Below are positions 36,311 to 46,637 of a DNA stretch of 64,000 nt, one piece after another. Made by a program: the position numbers and the translations under genes. The stretch spans positions 10,389 to 74,388 of the forward strand of contig CAZODQ010000004.1 of the NCBI GenBank assembly GCA_964578625.1, given 5' to 3'. Numbering within the stretch: position 1 is the first letter of the stretch; every line of letters begins with the position of its first letter. The notes under the pieces are model-generated. The model had not been told where the DNA came from. It worked only from the letters and a program-made list of their open reading frames with translations, and did no database searches. Source of the DNA: an uncultured Actinomycetota bacterium. GTDB lineage: Bacteria; Actinomycetota; Humimicrobiia; Humimicrobiales; Humimicrobiaceae.

Positions 36311-36844
36311 ATGGCTGAGGATAAGATTCAAGGAAAAAAGCCGGATGAGATCTACTGTCCTAGTTGTGCTAAACCAATAAAAAAAGAAGCAGTTGTATGT
36401 CCCTATTGCGGTGTGCAGATAAGAGAGCTGAAGACATCTGCTGAAACTATTACTTTGACCCCTGAACAGGAGTTGGAAGAAGGCAGGAAACAATTAGGAG
36501 GAATAAGAGCGTTATATTGGTTTGCAATTGTAGTGCTGGCCCTTTATATTGTTGTTTTTATTCCAGTGATCATTACCTCACCAGAGACTATGGGAGTGGT
36601 TATGACCGGCGCGAGTGTTGTCCAGAGCATTATGATGTTGTTACTCATTTTTGGTGTGTGGATTGCACTTTATGTAATTCCTTTAGTAGGAATTAATAAA
36701 AGGAAACCATTCTCGGTTCCTTATACCAGAGTAATTTTGATTATAACCATGTTTGGTTTTCCTATTGGAACCATTATTGGAGCAACTTTGTGGAAAAGAA
36801 TTAATCATCCACTGGCAAAAAAATATTTAAACTACGGTGTGTAA
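36311..36844 (+). CDS. zinc-ribbon membrane protein, hypothetical
   Basis: N-terminal CPSC...CPYC ribbon followed by four TM helices. Confidence 0.5.
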   Translation: MAEDKIQGKKPDEIYCPSCAKPIKKEAVVCPYCGVQIRELKTSAETITLTPEQELEEGRKQLGGIRALYWFAIVVLALYIVVFIPVIITSPETMGVVMTGASVVQSIMMLLLIFGVWIALYVIPLVGINKRKPFSVPYTRVILIITMFGFPIGTIIGATLWKRINHPLAKKYLNYGV

Positions 36845-36872
36845 TTGATAAAGGGAAGGATTTTTTAGTTTT

Positions 36873-37397
36873 ATGCAGTTTATCAGTGGGACATTTTGCA
36901 TCATTGCTATAGTCTGGATTATCGTAGTTGTAATAGCTGCCTTTATAGGCTGGATGGTCAGAAAAATAAAAGAGCCGAAATTAAAAGATATATTGATCGG
37001 TATTGAAAAATCTGAGATCAGAGGTATGGAATATTTTGATAAGCTGTCTCAATTGGGTATAAAGTCTGCAGGTGAGCTATTAAAAAGAGGTGCTTCTCCC
37101 GAGGGTAGAAAGGAAATAATAAATACTACTGGAGTCAGTGATGGTCTGGTCCTTAAATGGATAAGCATTTCGGATCTGATTCGCATAAGGGGCATGAACC
37201 TGGAATATATACATCTTTTAAGAGAGGCTAATATAAACAGTGTAGCTGAACTTTCACAGAGAAACCCAGAAGTTTTTCAAAATATATTAGTTGGAATAAA
37301 TGACCGTATTAAAATTTTAAGCAAGCCTCTTACAGTCAGCATAGTAAGAAGTTGGGTTGAGCAGGCTAAAAAGTTACCTCAAATAATAAAGTATTAA
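36873..37397 (+). CDS. membrane-anchored protein with HhH-like repeats (DUF4332-like)
   Basis: N-terminal TM, then two GIxSxxEL helix-hairpin-helix-like segments. Confidence 0.45.
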   Translation: MQFISGTFCIIAIVWIIVVVIAAFIGWMVRKIKEPKLKDILIGIEKSEIRGMEYFDKLSQLGIKSAGELLKRGASPEGRKEIINTTGVSDGLVLKWISISDLIRIRGMNLEYIHLLREANINSVAELSQRNPEVFQNILVGINDRIKILSKPLTVSIVRSWVEQAKKLPQIIKY

Positions 37398-37490
37398 TTG
37401 ATTTTATATTTGGTAGTAGTTAGAATTTATAGAAATATTTTAATGATTAGCAAGAACTTCCGGAAAAGACTTAAGGAGGGGGGGTGAATA

Positions 37491-37718
37491 ATGACTGTAT
37501 TTAATAAGGTAGTGACAATTATAGTGCTGCTTAAAATAATCGCATTCTCAGTTGTAGCTGTTCTAAATAAATTTATGAACTTTTTTGTATGGAAAGACCT
37601 GGCTGACACAGTAATAAGGTTTGTGACCAGTCTGAATATTTACATTCTTGGTTCAGCATTTGGAGTAGCTTTCGTTGTCAGCTTAATACTTCTGATAATG
37701 GAATTTCGCAGAAGCTGA
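37491..37718 (+). CDS. small membrane protein, hypothetical
   Basis: 75 aa with two TM helices. RBS GGAGGGGGGG upstream. Confidence 0.3.
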   Translation: MTVFNKVVTIIVLLKIIAFSVVAVLNKFMNFFVWKDLADTVIRFVTSLNIYILGSAFGVAFVVSLILLIMEFRRS

Positions 37719-37870
37719 TAGACTGATTAATTTGCTGGAATAAACAATTAAAGTATCAAATGAAATACTAAGGCCATTCTAAAAGATGGCCTCAGTATTT
37801 ATGTGATCAATAGTTTATAGATATAAGAAAAAGCCGGAATTAAAAAGATTTTTTATTTTGATATAATATA

Positions 37871-37898
37871 TTGACATATTTAAATATATAATTATAAT
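37871..37898 (+). promoter_or_regulatory. sigma-70-type promoter (TTGACA-16-TATAAT) with ATATTTAAATAT palindrome in the spacer, upstream of arsR
   Basis: TTGACA at 37871-37876 and TATAAT at 37893-37898. Perfect 12-nt palindrome at 37877-37888 could be the ArsR operator. Confidence 0.5.
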
Positions 37899-37922
37899 TA
37901 ATAAAAAATCCCGGGGGTAAAG

Positions 37923-38276
37923 ATGGGTAATTTAAAAAATTTAACTAAAAGCTTAAAGGCACTGGCAGATGAAAATAGAATCAGGATACTTGATTTACTT
38001 TACGGAAAAAAAGATTTATGTGTTTGTGAGATAAGGGAAGTTATAGGCTTATCTCAACCGACTATATCAAGCCATCTAAAGCTCTTGGAGAACAGCGGAC
38101 TGGTGACTTACAGCAAGGATGGGAAATGGGTTAACTATAGAATAAATGCTGAGTTGAATGTAAAAATAAGAAAGATATTAGACAGTATAATTGAGGTAGT
38201 AGAAATTGATAAAAAAATAAAAGAAGATGGGATTAGGGTAGATAAAATTGACAGAAAAAAAATCTGCGGAAGATAG
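37923..38276 (+). CDS. arsR: ArsR/SmtB family metalloregulator
   Basis: ENRIRILDLL...LCVCEIREVIGLSQPTISSHLKLL with the CVC metal site. Confidence 0.8.
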   Translation: MGNLKNLTKSLKALADENRIRILDLLYGKKDLCVCEIREVIGLSQPTISSHLKLLENSGLVTYSKDGKWVNYRINAELNVKIRKILDSIIEVVEIDKKIKEDGIRVDKIDRKKICGR

Positions 38277-38299
38277 TGCAGTTTAATAAGTGATTATAA

Positions 38300-38743
38300 A
38301 TGATTGGGATTGATATGGAGAAAGGTTCGAACGAAAAAAAGAAAATATTGATCTTGTGTACAGGGAACTCCTGCAGGAGTCAGATGGCAGAAGGTTTTTT
38401 TAAAAAATATAAAAAAGAGTGGATGGTCAAAAGTGCAGGCATCTCTCCAATAGGATTAAACCCTCTGGCAGTTGATGTTATGTCAGAAAAGGGGATTGAT
38501 ATATCCGGCCAAAAATCAAAAGATGTAAGGAATTTCCTTGATGAGAACTTTGATTATGTCATAACTGTCTGCGGTAATGCAAGAGAAGTTTGCCCGGTGT
38601 TTCCCGGTAAATATGAAAGCATTCACTGGGATATTGAAGACCCTGTTCAGGCAGGGGGAACTATGGAAGAAAAACTTGATAAATTCAGAAAGGTCAGGGA
38701 TAAAATTAATAGGCATATACTGGATTTTTTAAAAGGAGTCTAA
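38300..38743 (+). CDS. arsC: arsenate reductase, LMW-PTP/thioredoxin-coupled ArsC
   Basis: ILILCTGNSCRSQMAEG P-loop. Confidence 0.8.
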   Translation: MIGIDMEKGSNEKKKILILCTGNSCRSQMAEGFFKKYKKEWMVKSAGISPIGLNPLAVDVMSEKGIDISGQKSKDVRNFLDENFDYVITVCGNAREVCPVFPGKYESIHWDIEDPVQAGGTMEEKLDKFRKVRDKINRHILDFLKGV

Positions 38744-38750
38744 GAGTTAA

Positions 38751-39797
38751 ATGGAAATATTTTTAGAGTCAATTAAAAGCGGATGGCATACACTTCTTGA
38801 ATATCTTTCAGCTCATGTGCTTACCTGCCTGGTACCTGCATTTTTTATTGCTGGTGCAATTGCTGTTTTTATTTCCAAAGGAGCCATTCTAAAGTATTTT
38901 GGTGCAAATGCAAAGAAATGGTTATCCTACAGTGTTGCTTCTGTATCTGGAGCAATTCTTGCAGTTTGTTCCTGCACTGTTCTTCCTCTATTTGCGGGTA
39001 TTAGAAAAAGAGGTGCAGGACTTGGTCCGGCTATAGCATTTCTATATTCAGGCCCGGCTATAAATATTCTGGCCATAGTCTACACAGCAAGGCTTCTGGG
39101 TTATGACCTTGGAATAGCCAGAGCTATAGGAGCCATAGCTTTTTCAATTGTTATAGGCCTTATAATGTCTTTAATCTGGGTAAGAGAAGAAAGGGAAAAA
39201 TTAAAGGCGGACCAGAATTTATTTAAAGCTTATCGGCAAAGTGAATACAGCAAACCTAAATATGTAAGTATAATATTTTTCCTGTCTCTTCTTGCCATAC
39301 TTGTATTCGGTGCAGCTAAATTGTGGGTATATGCCGGAATTGCCCTTATTATTCTTGTTGTAATTATAATAGTGGGTTACAAAAGGACCGAGCTTAAGGA
39401 CTGGATGAAAGAAACCGGTAAGCTTGCCTGGCAGATATTTCCTATTCTTCTTGCTGGTGTGTTTATAGCAGGAGTTATAAAATATTTTCTTCCCCAGAGT
39501 GTAGTTGAAACATGGGTTGGCGGGAATAGTATAAGGTCAAACTTTTTGGCATCAGTTTTTGGTGCACTGATGTATTTTTCTACCTTAACCGAGGTTCCCA
39601 TAATCAAAGCTCTGATGGAACTTGGCATGGGAAAGGGACCTGCTCTTACACTGCTTTTAGCAGGCCCATCATTATCGCTCCCTAATATGATTGTAATAGG
39701 AAGAATAATGGGAGCTAAAAAGACCCTGACCTATGTAGTTTTAGTGGTAGTTATGGCTACTTTTACCGGGATGGTTTTTGGTCATTATTTTGGATAA
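38751..39797 (+). CDS. arsP: DUF318/ArsP-like permease
   Basis: Eight to ten TM helices with an AVCSCTVLP motif similar to the ArsP TPFcSCS signature. Sits inside the ars operon. Confidence 0.6.
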   Translation: MEIFLESIKSGWHTLLEYLSAHVLTCLVPAFFIAGAIAVFISKGAILKYFGANAKKWLSYSVASVSGAILAVCSCTVLPLFAGIRKRGAGLGPAIAFLYSGPAINILAIVYTARLLGYDLGIARAIGAIAFSIVIGLIMSLIWVREEREKLKADQNLFKAYRQSEYSKPKYVSIIFFLSLLAILVFGAAKLWVYAGIALIILVVIIIVGYKRTELKDWMKETGKLAWQIFPILLAGVFIAGVIKYFLPQSVVETWVGGNSIRSNFLASVFGALMYFSTLTEVPIIKALMELGMGKGPALTLLLAGPSLSLPNMIVIGRIMGAKKTLTYVVLVVVMATFTGMVFGHYFG

Positions 39798-39830
39798 AAA
39801 GTTATTAATATTAGAAGGAGGGATTCAGTT

Positions 39831-40061
39831 ATGAAGATCCAGATACTTGGAACCGGCTGTCCTAAATGTAAGCAGACTGAAGCAAATGCCAGGGAGGCTG
39901 TAAAAAACCTGGGTCTTGATGCAGAAATTGAAAAAATTACGGATATAAATAAAATAACTGATTTTGGGGTAATAACGACTCCAGGTCTGGCTGTAAATGG
40001 CAAGGTAAAATTTTCAGGCAGGGTCCCTTCAGTTGAAGAAATAGAAGAAGTGCTGAAATAA
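39831..40061 (+). CDS. thioredoxin-fold redox-active disulfide protein 2 family
   Basis: MKIQILGTGCPKCK with a CxxC motif. 76 aa. Confidence 0.7.
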   Translation: MKIQILGTGCPKCKQTEANAREAVKNLGLDAEIEKITDINKITDFGVITTPGLAVNGKVKFSGRVPSVEEIEEVLK

Positions 40062-40119
40062 AAAGTCTGCCAATAAATATTTAAAGAAAATATTTTGTAC
40101 AAGAAAATTTGGAGGTGTT

Positions 40120-41211
40120 ATGAGTAAATCTGTAGATGGTATAATATGCAGGAATAAAAAAACTACCAGTAAAGAGATAAGCTTCTTTGACAAATATCTC
40201 TCATTGTGGGTTGTCCTATGCATCGGTACAGGAGTAGCCATAGGCAAGTTCCTGCCGACCGTACCCGATACCTTAAGCAGATTTGAATACGCTCATGTAT
40301 CTATCCCGGTGGCAGTTTTAATATGGCTTATGATCTATCCTATGATGCTAAAAGTGGATTTTGCTAGTATAGTAAATGCTACAAGAAAACCAAAAGGACT
40401 TGCAGTGACTACAGTGACTAACTGGCTTATAAAGCCATTTACTATGTATGCTATTGCCTTTTTTTTCTTAAAAATAGTGTTTGCAAAGTTTATACCCCAG
40501 GCACTTTCAACTGAATATCTGGCTGGTGCAATACTTCTGGGAGCTGCTCCCTGTACAGCTATGGTATTTGTATGGAGTCATCTGTCTGATGGGGATTCTG
40601 CATATACTCTGGTACAGGTAGCAGTAAACGATATCATAATACTAGTTGCCTTTGCCCCGATTGTCGCTTTACTTCTGGGTATCAGCAAGGTGATTGTCCC
40701 ATACAATACTCTATTATTGTCTGTTTTATTATTTGTGGTCATCCCGTTTTCAACTGGTTATATTACAAGGACCCTGGTTATAAGGAAGAAGGGGATCAGG
40801 TATTTTGAGGGTATATTTGTGAAAAAATTCAGTAAGGTGACTATTACAGGGCTACTTCTGACTCTAGTCATTATCTTTGCATTCCAGGGAGAAATAATTT
40901 TAGCCAATCCTGTCCATATCGTACTGATCGCAGTACCGCTGATCATACAAACTTTTTTAATATTTACTATTGCCTACGGGTGGGCTAAGGCCTGGAGGAT
41001 TCCCCACAATATCGCTGCTCCCGGGGCAATGATAGGCGCAAGTAATTTCTTTGAGCTGGCAGTCGCAGTTGCGATTTCGTTGTTCGGCATTAACTCGGGG
41101 GCTACGCTGGCTACAGTCGTGGGGGTCCTGGTAGAAGTGCCTCTTATGCTGACTCTGGTCAGAATAGCAAATAATACAAGAAATTGGTTTCCAAAGACGT
41201 CAAGACCCTGA
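40120..41211 (+). CDS. acr3: arsenite efflux transporter ACR3
   Basis: ACR3-family topology and the conserved N-terminal segment FFDKYLSLWVVLCIGTGVAIG. Confidence 0.8.
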   Translation: MSKSVDGIICRNKKTTSKEISFFDKYLSLWVVLCIGTGVAIGKFLPTVPDTLSRFEYAHVSIPVAVLIWLMIYPMMLKVDFASIVNATRKPKGLAVTTVTNWLIKPFTMYAIAFFFLKIVFAKFIPQALSTEYLAGAILLGAAPCTAMVFVWSHLSDGDSAYTLVQVAVNDIIILVAFAPIVALLLGISKVIVPYNTLLLSVLLFVVIPFSTGYITRTLVIRKKGIRYFEGIFVKKFSKVTITGLLLTLVIIFAFQGEIILANPVHIVLIAVPLIIQTFLIFTIAYGWAKAWRIPHNIAAPGAMIGASNFFELAVAVAISLFGINSGATLATVVGVLVEVPLMLTLVRIANNTRNWFPKTSRP

Positions 41212-41215
41212 TTTT

Positions 41216-42130
41216 CTATGAAGGGCTTATCCTTCTAGCCCGGAAACTTAAATAAAGAAGGAAAATAATCAAAAAGACACTTGATATTGTACCAGGAAGA
41301 GATGCCCTGTCTCCAAATAGTGCCAGTGAAGTGGCGACAGCAAAACCGGCATTTTTAATAGTCCCTAGGAGTATTATGCAGCTGGAAAGCCCTGGGCCAA
41401 TTTTTAATCTTTTAGTTATAAACTCATACAGAAAACCCAGTCCTATGATGGTCACGAGGCAGATGATAGATATTTTACCAAGTATCTCCGGTTCGTTAAA
41501 GAAAACACTACGGTTAAGTCCTATGGCTGTAAAGATGACTATAAACAGGCCCCAGTTTACTAAAGGTCCCCTGAATTTAAGTATGTATTTGTCTATTTTG
41601 ATTTTTATGAATATCTGTGATAGTAAAAAGGGTGCTATTATGAGTTCAGCAAACACAATAATCAGCCTCAGCGGCTGAATAAAACTCTGGCCGACAAGAA
41701 TAATGCCTGCTAGCGGTATTATAACAATTGCCGTAATATATGATCCGATTACTCCTATAAGTGAAAATCTTACATCTCCTCCCAGTATGCCTGTAAAGGG
41801 GGGTATTGCTACCCCCGGAGGGGCAAAAGCTATGATGACAAAGCCGGTCCAGAGTTCTTTCTGAGGGACGATAAACCATGCCATAGTGAGCATGACTGCT
41901 GCAAAAACGAAATAATTTAGAAATATAGTCAAAAATATGGGCTTTACAAGGCTTTTTAAAGGAAGAAATGATTTTAGCGTGATCTGTGTCATCGATACGG
42001 TCATAACAATAGCCAGAGCAGGCAGAGTCAGATGTCTTGCCCATCCTATATAATTGCCTATGGATAATCCAAGAATTAAGGCTAATATAAAAATGAAATT
42101 TCTGTTTTTTAAAATTCTTACTATAAACAA
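41216..42130 (-). CDS. BASS/AEC-type secondary transporter
   Basis: About ten TM helices and 304 aa. Family call is from topology only. Confidence 0.45.
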   Translation of the reverse strand: MFIVRILKNRNFIFILALILGLSIGNYIGWARHLTLPALAIVMTVSMTQITLKSFLPLKSLVKPIFLTIFLNYFVFAAVMLTMAWFIVPQKELWTGFVIIAFAPPGVAIPPFTGILGGDVRFSLIGVIGSYITAIVIIPLAGIILVGQSFIQPLRLIIVFAELIIAPFLLSQIFIKIKIDKYILKFRGPLVNWGLFIVIFTAIGLNRSVFFNEPEILGKISIICLVTIIGLGFLYEFITKRLKIGPGLSSCIILLGTIKNAGFAVATSLALFGDRASLPGTISSVFLIIFLLYLSFRARRISPS

Positions 42131-42481
42131 TATGCCAGATTTATTGCCCTAAGTTTTAATATTTTTAATGTTGCAGAGCCTTTTGCCTATTTTACAGAAG
42201 AAGTTTTTTTGATTTCCACCAGCCTACTGAAAGTACTATAACTATTATATTTATTTTACTGCAACTTAACAAATTTACGCTGTATTGGCCAGATTCATTA
42301 AAAAATGCGGTTATTTTTGGAAAATTTATACCTTATTTTTAAAATATTGGAAATTTTTATTATAAATATCATATTTTTTATAAAAAGTGATATAATGACA
42401 ACGAAAATTTTAAAAATCGTACTTTTTTAATTATTTTTTACGAATATGGTGTATATTTGTAATTTTTAAGGAGTGATATTA

Positions 42482-43714
42482 GTGAGAGAATTAGATTTGC
42501 TTACCGAATTTTCGCAGAAAGCAGGCACAAAATTAGATCCAAAGAACATAAAAATTGACGATACTACCTTAAGAGACGGGGAACAGACTGCCGGTGTAGT
42601 GTTTGCGAATGATGAAAAAGTATATATTGCAAAAATGCTGGATAAAATAGGAGTACACCAGATTGAAGCTGGAATACCCGCAATGGGGGGAGATGAAAAG
42701 GAAGCAATTAAGAGGATCGCATCACTTGGTCTTAACTGCAGTGTGCTGGGCTGGAACAGAGCGGTAAAATCAGATGTTGATGCTTCAATCGAGTGCGGGG
42801 TTGATGCAGTAGCTATTTCAATATCATCTTCCGATATACATATTGAACATAAGCTTATGAAGAGTAGAGAATGGGTTCTGGAAAGTGTTAAGACCTGCGT
42901 GGATTATGCCAAGGGGTTTAATCTCTATGTATCGGTAAATGCTGAAGATGCTTCAAGGTCTGATATGGAATTTCTTCTCCAGTTTGCCAGAACGGCAAGA
43001 GATACCGGTGCGGACAGGTTGAGGTATTGCGATACACTGGGCATCCTTGATCCTTTTGAGACTTTTATAAGGGTTAAAAATATTATTAATATAATCGGAA
43101 TAGATGTTGAGATGCATACGCATAATGATTTTGGAATGGCTATTGCCAACGCCATAGCAGGGATCAAAGCAGGAGCAACTCATGTCAATACAACTATTAA
43201 TGGTCTGGGTGAGAGAGCAGGCAATGCTGCATTTGAAGAACTGGTCATGGCTTTAAAATATATTGAGGGAGTGGATATGGGATTTAATACCACTCTTTTC
43301 CGAACACTGTCCGAATATGTAGCAAAGGCTTCCAACAGGATTATCCCTACTTGGAAGCCGATAGTAGGGGGAAAACTGTTTGTTTATGAAAGTGAAAGTA
43401 AAGTCTCGGGCATACTGTCAGATACTGAGACATACGAGTTATTTAACGAAAAGGATGTAGGCCTGGAAAGAAATGTGATACTGGGAAAATATTCAGGAGT
43501 GAATACCATAATCTATAAACTTGATACGCTGGGTTTTAAAGTCAGTCATAAAGAGGCAGAAGAACTGGCTGAAATAATAAGAGATAAAACGGTATCTCTT
43601 AAAAGAGCTCTTTTTGATAGTGAAATTATTGATGTCTATAAGTCTTATAAAAACAGGTCATCCAGGAGCAGAGCAAGTAAAAAGGGAGGAAAAAATGGAA
43701 GCGGCAGAAAATAA
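42482..43714 (+). CDS. homocitrate synthase / (R)-citramalate / Re-citrate synthase family (HMGL-like, LeuA-NifV clade), paralog 1
   Basis: TTLRDGEQ and HTHNDFGMA motifs. No LeuA regulatory domain. Basic C-terminal tail SRSRASKKGGKNGSGRK. GTG start 8 nt after AAGGAG. Confidence 0.75.
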   Translation: MRELDLLTEFSQKAGTKLDPKNIKIDDTTLRDGEQTAGVVFANDEKVYIAKMLDKIGVHQIEAGIPAMGGDEKEAIKRIASLGLNCSVLGWNRAVKSDVDASIECGVDAVAISISSSDIHIEHKLMKSREWVLESVKTCVDYAKGFNLYVSVNAEDASRSDMEFLLQFARTARDTGADRLRYCDTLGILDPFETFIRVKNIINIIGIDVEMHTHNDFGMAIANAIAGIKAGATHVNTTINGLGERAGNAAFEELVMALKYIEGVDMGFNTTLFRTLSEYVAKASNRIIPTWKPIVGGKLFVYESESKVSGILSDTETYELFNEKDVGLERNVILGKYSGVNTIIYKLDTLGFKVSHKEAEELAEIIRDKTVSLKRALFDSEIIDVYKSYKNRSSRSRASKKGGKNGSGRK

Positions 43715-44849
43715 AAGATATGTAAATATTATAGATACGACTCTAAGAAATGGTGAACAGACTGCAGGAGTAGTTTTTTCCAAACATGAAAAAATCAGAA
43801 TAGTTAAAATGCTGGACGAGATTGGTATTCCGGAGGTTGAAGTGGGCACTCCTTCTTTAGGTATTGTAGAAAGAGAGATAATAAGCGAAGTTATGAAGGA
43901 GGAGTTTAACTGCAGGATATTTGCTTACTGCGAAGCCGAACCGGAGAATATAAAATATGCTGCCCAGTGCGGAGTTAAAAATGTAATTATAAATATTTCC
44001 ACTTCTGACATACATATAAGGGAAAAATATAAGAAAAACAGGACATGGGTTATAAATAAATTGAGGGAGACTATAAAAGCTGCTAAAAAGAATGGTATTA
44101 GTTTTATTATAAGTGCAGAGGATGCCACACGTACTGATCTTGAGTTTCTATTAAGGATTATTTCCATTGCCAGAAAAAAAGGTGCATACAGGTTTAGAAT
44201 CTGTGATACTGTAAGCAAACTTGACCCATTCAGGACCTTTTTGCTTATAAACACCATATCAAGCGCTGTGGATTTTCCGCTGGAAGTCTACAATCATAAT
44301 GATTTTGGCATGGCAACTGCTAATGGAATGGCAGCTGTAAGAGGAGGTGCCTCAAGTCTTGTAGTCAGTGTAGGCGGATTGGGGGAAGGCACAGGTAATG
44401 CAGCAATGGAAGAGATCATAATGGCGCTGAAATATCTAGAGAATATAGAACTGGGAATAAAAACTTCAAAGTTCAGGGAAATAGCTGAATATGTGTCCAG
44501 AGCTTCGGCCAGAGCCATCCCTGTCTGGAAAGCAATTGTAGGAACAAATATATTTGCTCATGAATCGGGAATACATGCAGATGGTGTTATCAAAAATCCA
44601 AAAAACTATGAAGTGTTTAATCCCGGTGAGGTAGGATTGACAAGGCAGCTGGTTGTAGGCAAACATTCCGGTTCACATACCATACTGCACAAGTTTAAGG
44701 AGTTTGATATAGAACTAACAGACAAACAGGCAAATGATATACTCAGCATGGCGAGAGCCATGTCAGTAGACCAAAAAAGGCCGCTTTTTGATAAAGAACT
44801 TATGTATATTTATAATGAATATAATAAAAAGAAGAAAAAACAGGATTAA
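43695..44849 (+). CDS. homocitrate synthase / citramalate / Re-citrate synthase family, paralog 2
   Basis: TTLRNGEQ and NHNDFGMA motifs. ATG after AGGGAGGA. Confidence 0.75.
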   Translation: MEAAENKRYVNIIDTTLRNGEQTAGVVFSKHEKIRIVKMLDEIGIPEVEVGTPSLGIVEREIISEVMKEEFNCRIFAYCEAEPENIKYAAQCGVKNVIINISTSDIHIREKYKKNRTWVINKLRETIKAAKKNGISFIISAEDATRTDLEFLLRIISIARKKGAYRFRICDTVSKLDPFRTFLLINTISSAVDFPLEVYNHNDFGMATANGMAAVRGGASSLVVSVGGLGEGTGNAAMEEIIMALKYLENIELGIKTSKFREIAEYVSRASARAIPVWKAIVGTNIFAHESGIHADGVIKNPKNYEVFNPGEVGLTRQLVVGKHSGSHTILHKFKEFDIELTDKQANDILSMARAMSVDQKRPLFDKELMYIYNEYNKKKKKQD

Positions 44850-44859
44850 AGGAGTTTTT

Positions 44860-46116
44860 TTGGGAAAGACGATTTCTGAGAAGATTATAAGCGAGCACTC
44901 TGGTAAAGAACTGAGTGCAGGAGATATTGCAGTTGTGGATGTGGATGTGGTTATGTCCCATGACGGTACCGGGCCCCTGGCAGTCAGTCAGGCTGAAAAA
45001 ATGGGTTTCGGAGGTGTAAAGAATCCTGATAAGTCCATTTTTTTTATAGACCATGCCGCACCAAGCCCAAGAAAAGAACTTTCAAACGCACATATAGTTT
45101 TAAAGGATTTTGCGGCTCTGACAGGAGCAGTATTAAAAGGTATCGGAGAGGGCATTTGCCACCAGATACTGGTGGAGTCATACGCCTGCCCGGGTGATAT
45201 AGTAATAGGGGCAGATTCGCATACCTGCACTCCGGGTGCTCTTGGAGCTTTTTCTACCGGAATGGGCTCTACGGATATCGCGGTAGGTTATGTACTGGCT
45301 AAAACCTGGCTCATGGTTCCTCATACGATTAAAGTGAATTTTAATAGAAAGATCAATAAAGGAGTATTTGCCAAAGATTTAATTATTTATTTAATTGGAA
45401 GAATCACTTCTGATGGAGCAACTTACAAGGCTCTTGAATTCGGCGGTGAGGTTGGAGCCAGGCTGGGCATGGATGATAGATTCACTATTTCAAATATGGC
45501 AGTGGAAGCAGGAGCAAAAGCAGGTATTTTCCCTTCTGATGAGATTACAAGAAAATATCTGGAAAACCAGGGAAGAAAAAATTGCTTCAGGGAAATATCA
45601 GCGGATAAAGGAGCAAAATATGAAAAGATCTTAGATATTGACTGTTCTGTTATTGAGCCAATGGTTTCACAACCTCATACTGTGGATAATGCTTTACCTG
45701 TAAGCAGCCTGGAAAAAGTTATGATTGACCAGGTATTTATAGGGACCTGTACCAACGGCAGGTTCAGCGATTTAAAGATTGCAGCAGATATTCTTAAGGA
45801 TAGGAAAGTGGCAGAGGGTGTAAGACTCATTGTAGTCCCGGCTTCGAAAAGTACGTACCTTGAAGCTCTTGAAAAAGGAGTTATAAAAACATTTATAGAC
45901 AGCGGGGCGGTAATACAATCCCCGGGATGCGGTCCATGTGTAGGTGTCCACCAGGGAGTACTTGGTGATGGAGAGGTATGCCTTTCGACTCAGAACAGGA
46001 ATTTTAAAGGGAGAATGGGAAACCCGAATTCTTTCATTTACCTTTCTTCTCCCGCAACGGCCGCATGGAGTGCAGTCAAAGGTTATATTGCAGATCCAAG
46101 GGAGGTTTTAGGATAA
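44860..46116 (+). CDS. aconitase-family dehydratase large subunit (LeuC/HacA-type)
   Basis: TTG start after AAAGGAG gives LGKTISEKIISEHSG, the canonical LeuC N-terminus. Cys ligands CTNGRFSD and SPGCGPCVG. Confidence 0.8.
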   Translation: MGKTISEKIISEHSGKELSAGDIAVVDVDVVMSHDGTGPLAVSQAEKMGFGGVKNPDKSIFFIDHAAPSPRKELSNAHIVLKDFAALTGAVLKGIGEGICHQILVESYACPGDIVIGADSHTCTPGALGAFSTGMGSTDIAVGYVLAKTWLMVPHTIKVNFNRKINKGVFAKDLIIYLIGRITSDGATYKALEFGGEVGARLGMDDRFTISNMAVEAGAKAGIFPSDEITRKYLENQGRKNCFREISADKGAKYEKILDIDCSVIEPMVSQPHTVDNALPVSSLEKVMIDQVFIGTCTNGRFSDLKIAADILKDRKVAEGVRLIVVPASKSTYLEALEKGVIKTFIDSGAVIQSPGCGPCVGVHQGVLGDGEVCLSTQNRNFKGRMGNPNSFIYLSSPATAAWSAVKGYIADPREVLG

Positions 46117-46637
46117 TGTCCGGCAAAAAAAATATATCTAAAGTTCTAGTCGGAAAAAGTTTTAAATTCGGCGATGATATTTCAACTGATTTGATTATCC
46201 CGGGAAGATATTTTCACTTAAGGTCTGATATGCAGAAGCTTGCAGAACATGTTCTTGAAGACGCCGACCCGGATTTTGCAGGGAAAGTAAAACCCGGAGA
46301 TTTTGTGGTGGGGGGCAAAAATTTCGGCCTTGGCTCAAGCAGAGAACATGCACCGGCGGTATTAAAGATAGCCGGTGCAGGAGCAGTACTTGCCAAGTCC
46401 TTTGCCCGCATATTCTTCAGAAACAGTATCAATATAGGATTGCCTGTGATGATCTGTGATACCGATAAGATCGAAAGCGGGGATATACTGGAGATAGATT
46501 TTAAAAAAGGGATAATCAACAACAGGACGGGCAATTTGAAGTTGGAATTCAATCCTCTGCCGGAAGTAATGATAAAGATATTAAATGACGGCGGGCTTAT
46601 TAACCACATTATAAAAAATAAAGGTTTCAATCTATGA
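46116..46637 (+). CDS. aconitase-family dehydratase small subunit (LeuD/HacB-type)
   Basis: MSGKK..FGDDISTDLIIPGRYF swivel domain. ATG overlaps the stop of the large subunit. Confidence 0.8.
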   Translation: MSGKKNISKVLVGKSFKFGDDISTDLIIPGRYFHLRSDMQKLAEHVLEDADPDFAGKVKPGDFVVGGKNFGLGSSREHAPAVLKIAGAGAVLAKSFARIFFRNSINIGLPVMICDTDKIESGDILEIDFKKGIINNRTGNLKLEFNPLPEVMIKILNDGGLINHIIKNKGFNL

